A stretch of DNA of 46,944 bases from Eubacterium sp. (GTDB lineage: Bacteria; Bacillota; Clostridia; Oscillospirales; Acutalibacteraceae). The notes under the pieces are model-generated. The model was given only the letters and a program-made list of their open reading frames with translations. It ran no database searches and was not told where the DNA came from. Made by a program: the position numbers and the translations under genes. Position 1 is the first letter of the stretch, and each line of letters starts with the position of its first letter. The stretch spans positions 1 to 46,944 of the forward strand of contig JAFUZY010000118.1 of NCBI GenBank assembly GCA_017476375.1, given 5' to 3'. Shown here piece after piece: positions 46,298 to 46,944 of the stretch.

Positions 46298-46747
46298 ATG
46301 GAAAACAAGTATATGAAAAAAGCCCTTGAGCTGGCTTATGAAAGTGAAAAAGAGGGCGAAGTTCCCGTTGGTGCGGTTATCGTTAAAGACGGAGAAATTA
46401 TTGCCTGCGGAAGAAACAAACGCGAGAGCGAAAAAAACGCCCTTCACCATGCGGAAATTGAAGCGATTGACAACGCTTGCAAGAGGCTTGGCGGTTGGCG
46501 CCTTTTCGGATGCGATTTATATGTTACTCTTGAGCCCTGCCCGATGTGCGCGGGTGCGATAATCAATTCAAGAATTAAAACAGTTTATTTCGGAGCTTAT
46601 GATAACAAGGCAGGCTCCTTCGGTTCGGTTGCCGATTTCAACCGCCTGCCCTATAATCATAAACCCGAAATAATCGCAGGAGTTATGGAAAAGGAATGCT
46701 CAGAGCTTTTAACTGATTTTTTCAAAAACTTAAGAAATAAAAAATAA
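46298..46747 (+). CDS. tadA: tRNA adenosine(34) deaminase
   Basis: EVPVGAV, HAE, TLEPCPMCAGA. Confidence 0.95.
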   Translation: MENKYMKKALELAYESEKEGEVPVGAVIVKDGEIIACGRNKRESEKNALHHAEIEAIDNACKRLGGWRLFGCDLYVTLEPCPMCAGAIINSRIKTVYFGAYDNKAGSFGSVADFNRLPYNHKPEIIAGVMEKECSELLTDFFKNLRNKK

Positions 46748-46776
46748 CCGATGTCGGAGTTTTCCGACATCGGTTT
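46747..46776 (+). terminator. Terminator-like hairpin
   Basis: AACCGATGTCGGA-GTTT-TCCGACATCGGTT. Confidence 0.8.
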
Positions 46777-46944
46777 CAGTGTGTCGACAAACCTATAAAA
46801 ATCATGGAGACACACTGGCAGACTTTAGAGAAAGAGGCAAAATTTCGTTTTCTTGCGAGCGGGAGCTGTACAAAGGTACTGCCCCCGAGCAAAAAACGAA
46901 AAGCGCAAAAATTCCCGAGAATTCGATGTTCTCGGGAATTTTAA
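46777..46944. repeat. Palindrome-rich intergenic element, possibly a MITE remnant
   Basis: Starts CAGTGTGTCGACAAA; stem TTTCGTTTT..GC / GC..AAAACGAAA with paired GTAC; 14-bp IR at 46908-46942. Confidence 0.45.

Noticed and set aside
32871-46562. Many 60-190-aa ORFs overlapping core genes
   Set aside because: Antisense or alternate-frame shadows of well-conserved genes, without RBS or motifs.
1-46944. CRISPR array or cas genes
   Set aside because: No regularly spaced 25-40-bp repeats with unique spacers and no Cas-like ORFs were seen.

Overview
Chromosomal window from a low-GC Firmicute (Clostridia-like gene content; taxonomy is inference). (1) About 1-10.9 kb is an AT-rich accessory island: a 5'-truncated HerA/DUF87-type ATPase; two tandem [C39-like peptidase + partner] modules, the second with all predicted catalytic residues replaced; a LytTR regulator with a pseudo-receiver domain; an Hsp70-ATPase/Sel1 fusion and a GrpE-like gene; two small proteins sharing a C-terminal FxxAGMxK motif; a degenerate SEDS-like membrane protein; a lipoprotein; and an unannotated type I toxin-antitoxin-like locus. 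(2) About 11-17.6 kb is housekeeping (PHP hydrolase, PI-PLC, PPi-PFK, CorA, HD protein, GATase-less guaA) with a ~276-nt promoter-linked structured element. (3) 17580-27429 is a ~9.85-kb cryptic prophage in the guaA 3' end. Its att cores, arm sites, integrase, repressor/operators, tRNA-Gln, Cro and Xis look intact, but the recombination, replication, head and tail modules appear collapsed into chimeric ORFs. It also encodes a 41-aa antisense ORF resembling the repressor C-terminus. (4) About 27.6-46.9 kb is mostly core genes (aspS, hisS, mgsA, mreBCD-pbp2, prfB, galU, tadA) plus a STAS/HATPase gene and heptamer-repeat/hairpin elements. All family assignments come from motif recognition by eye; no searches or folding programs were run.
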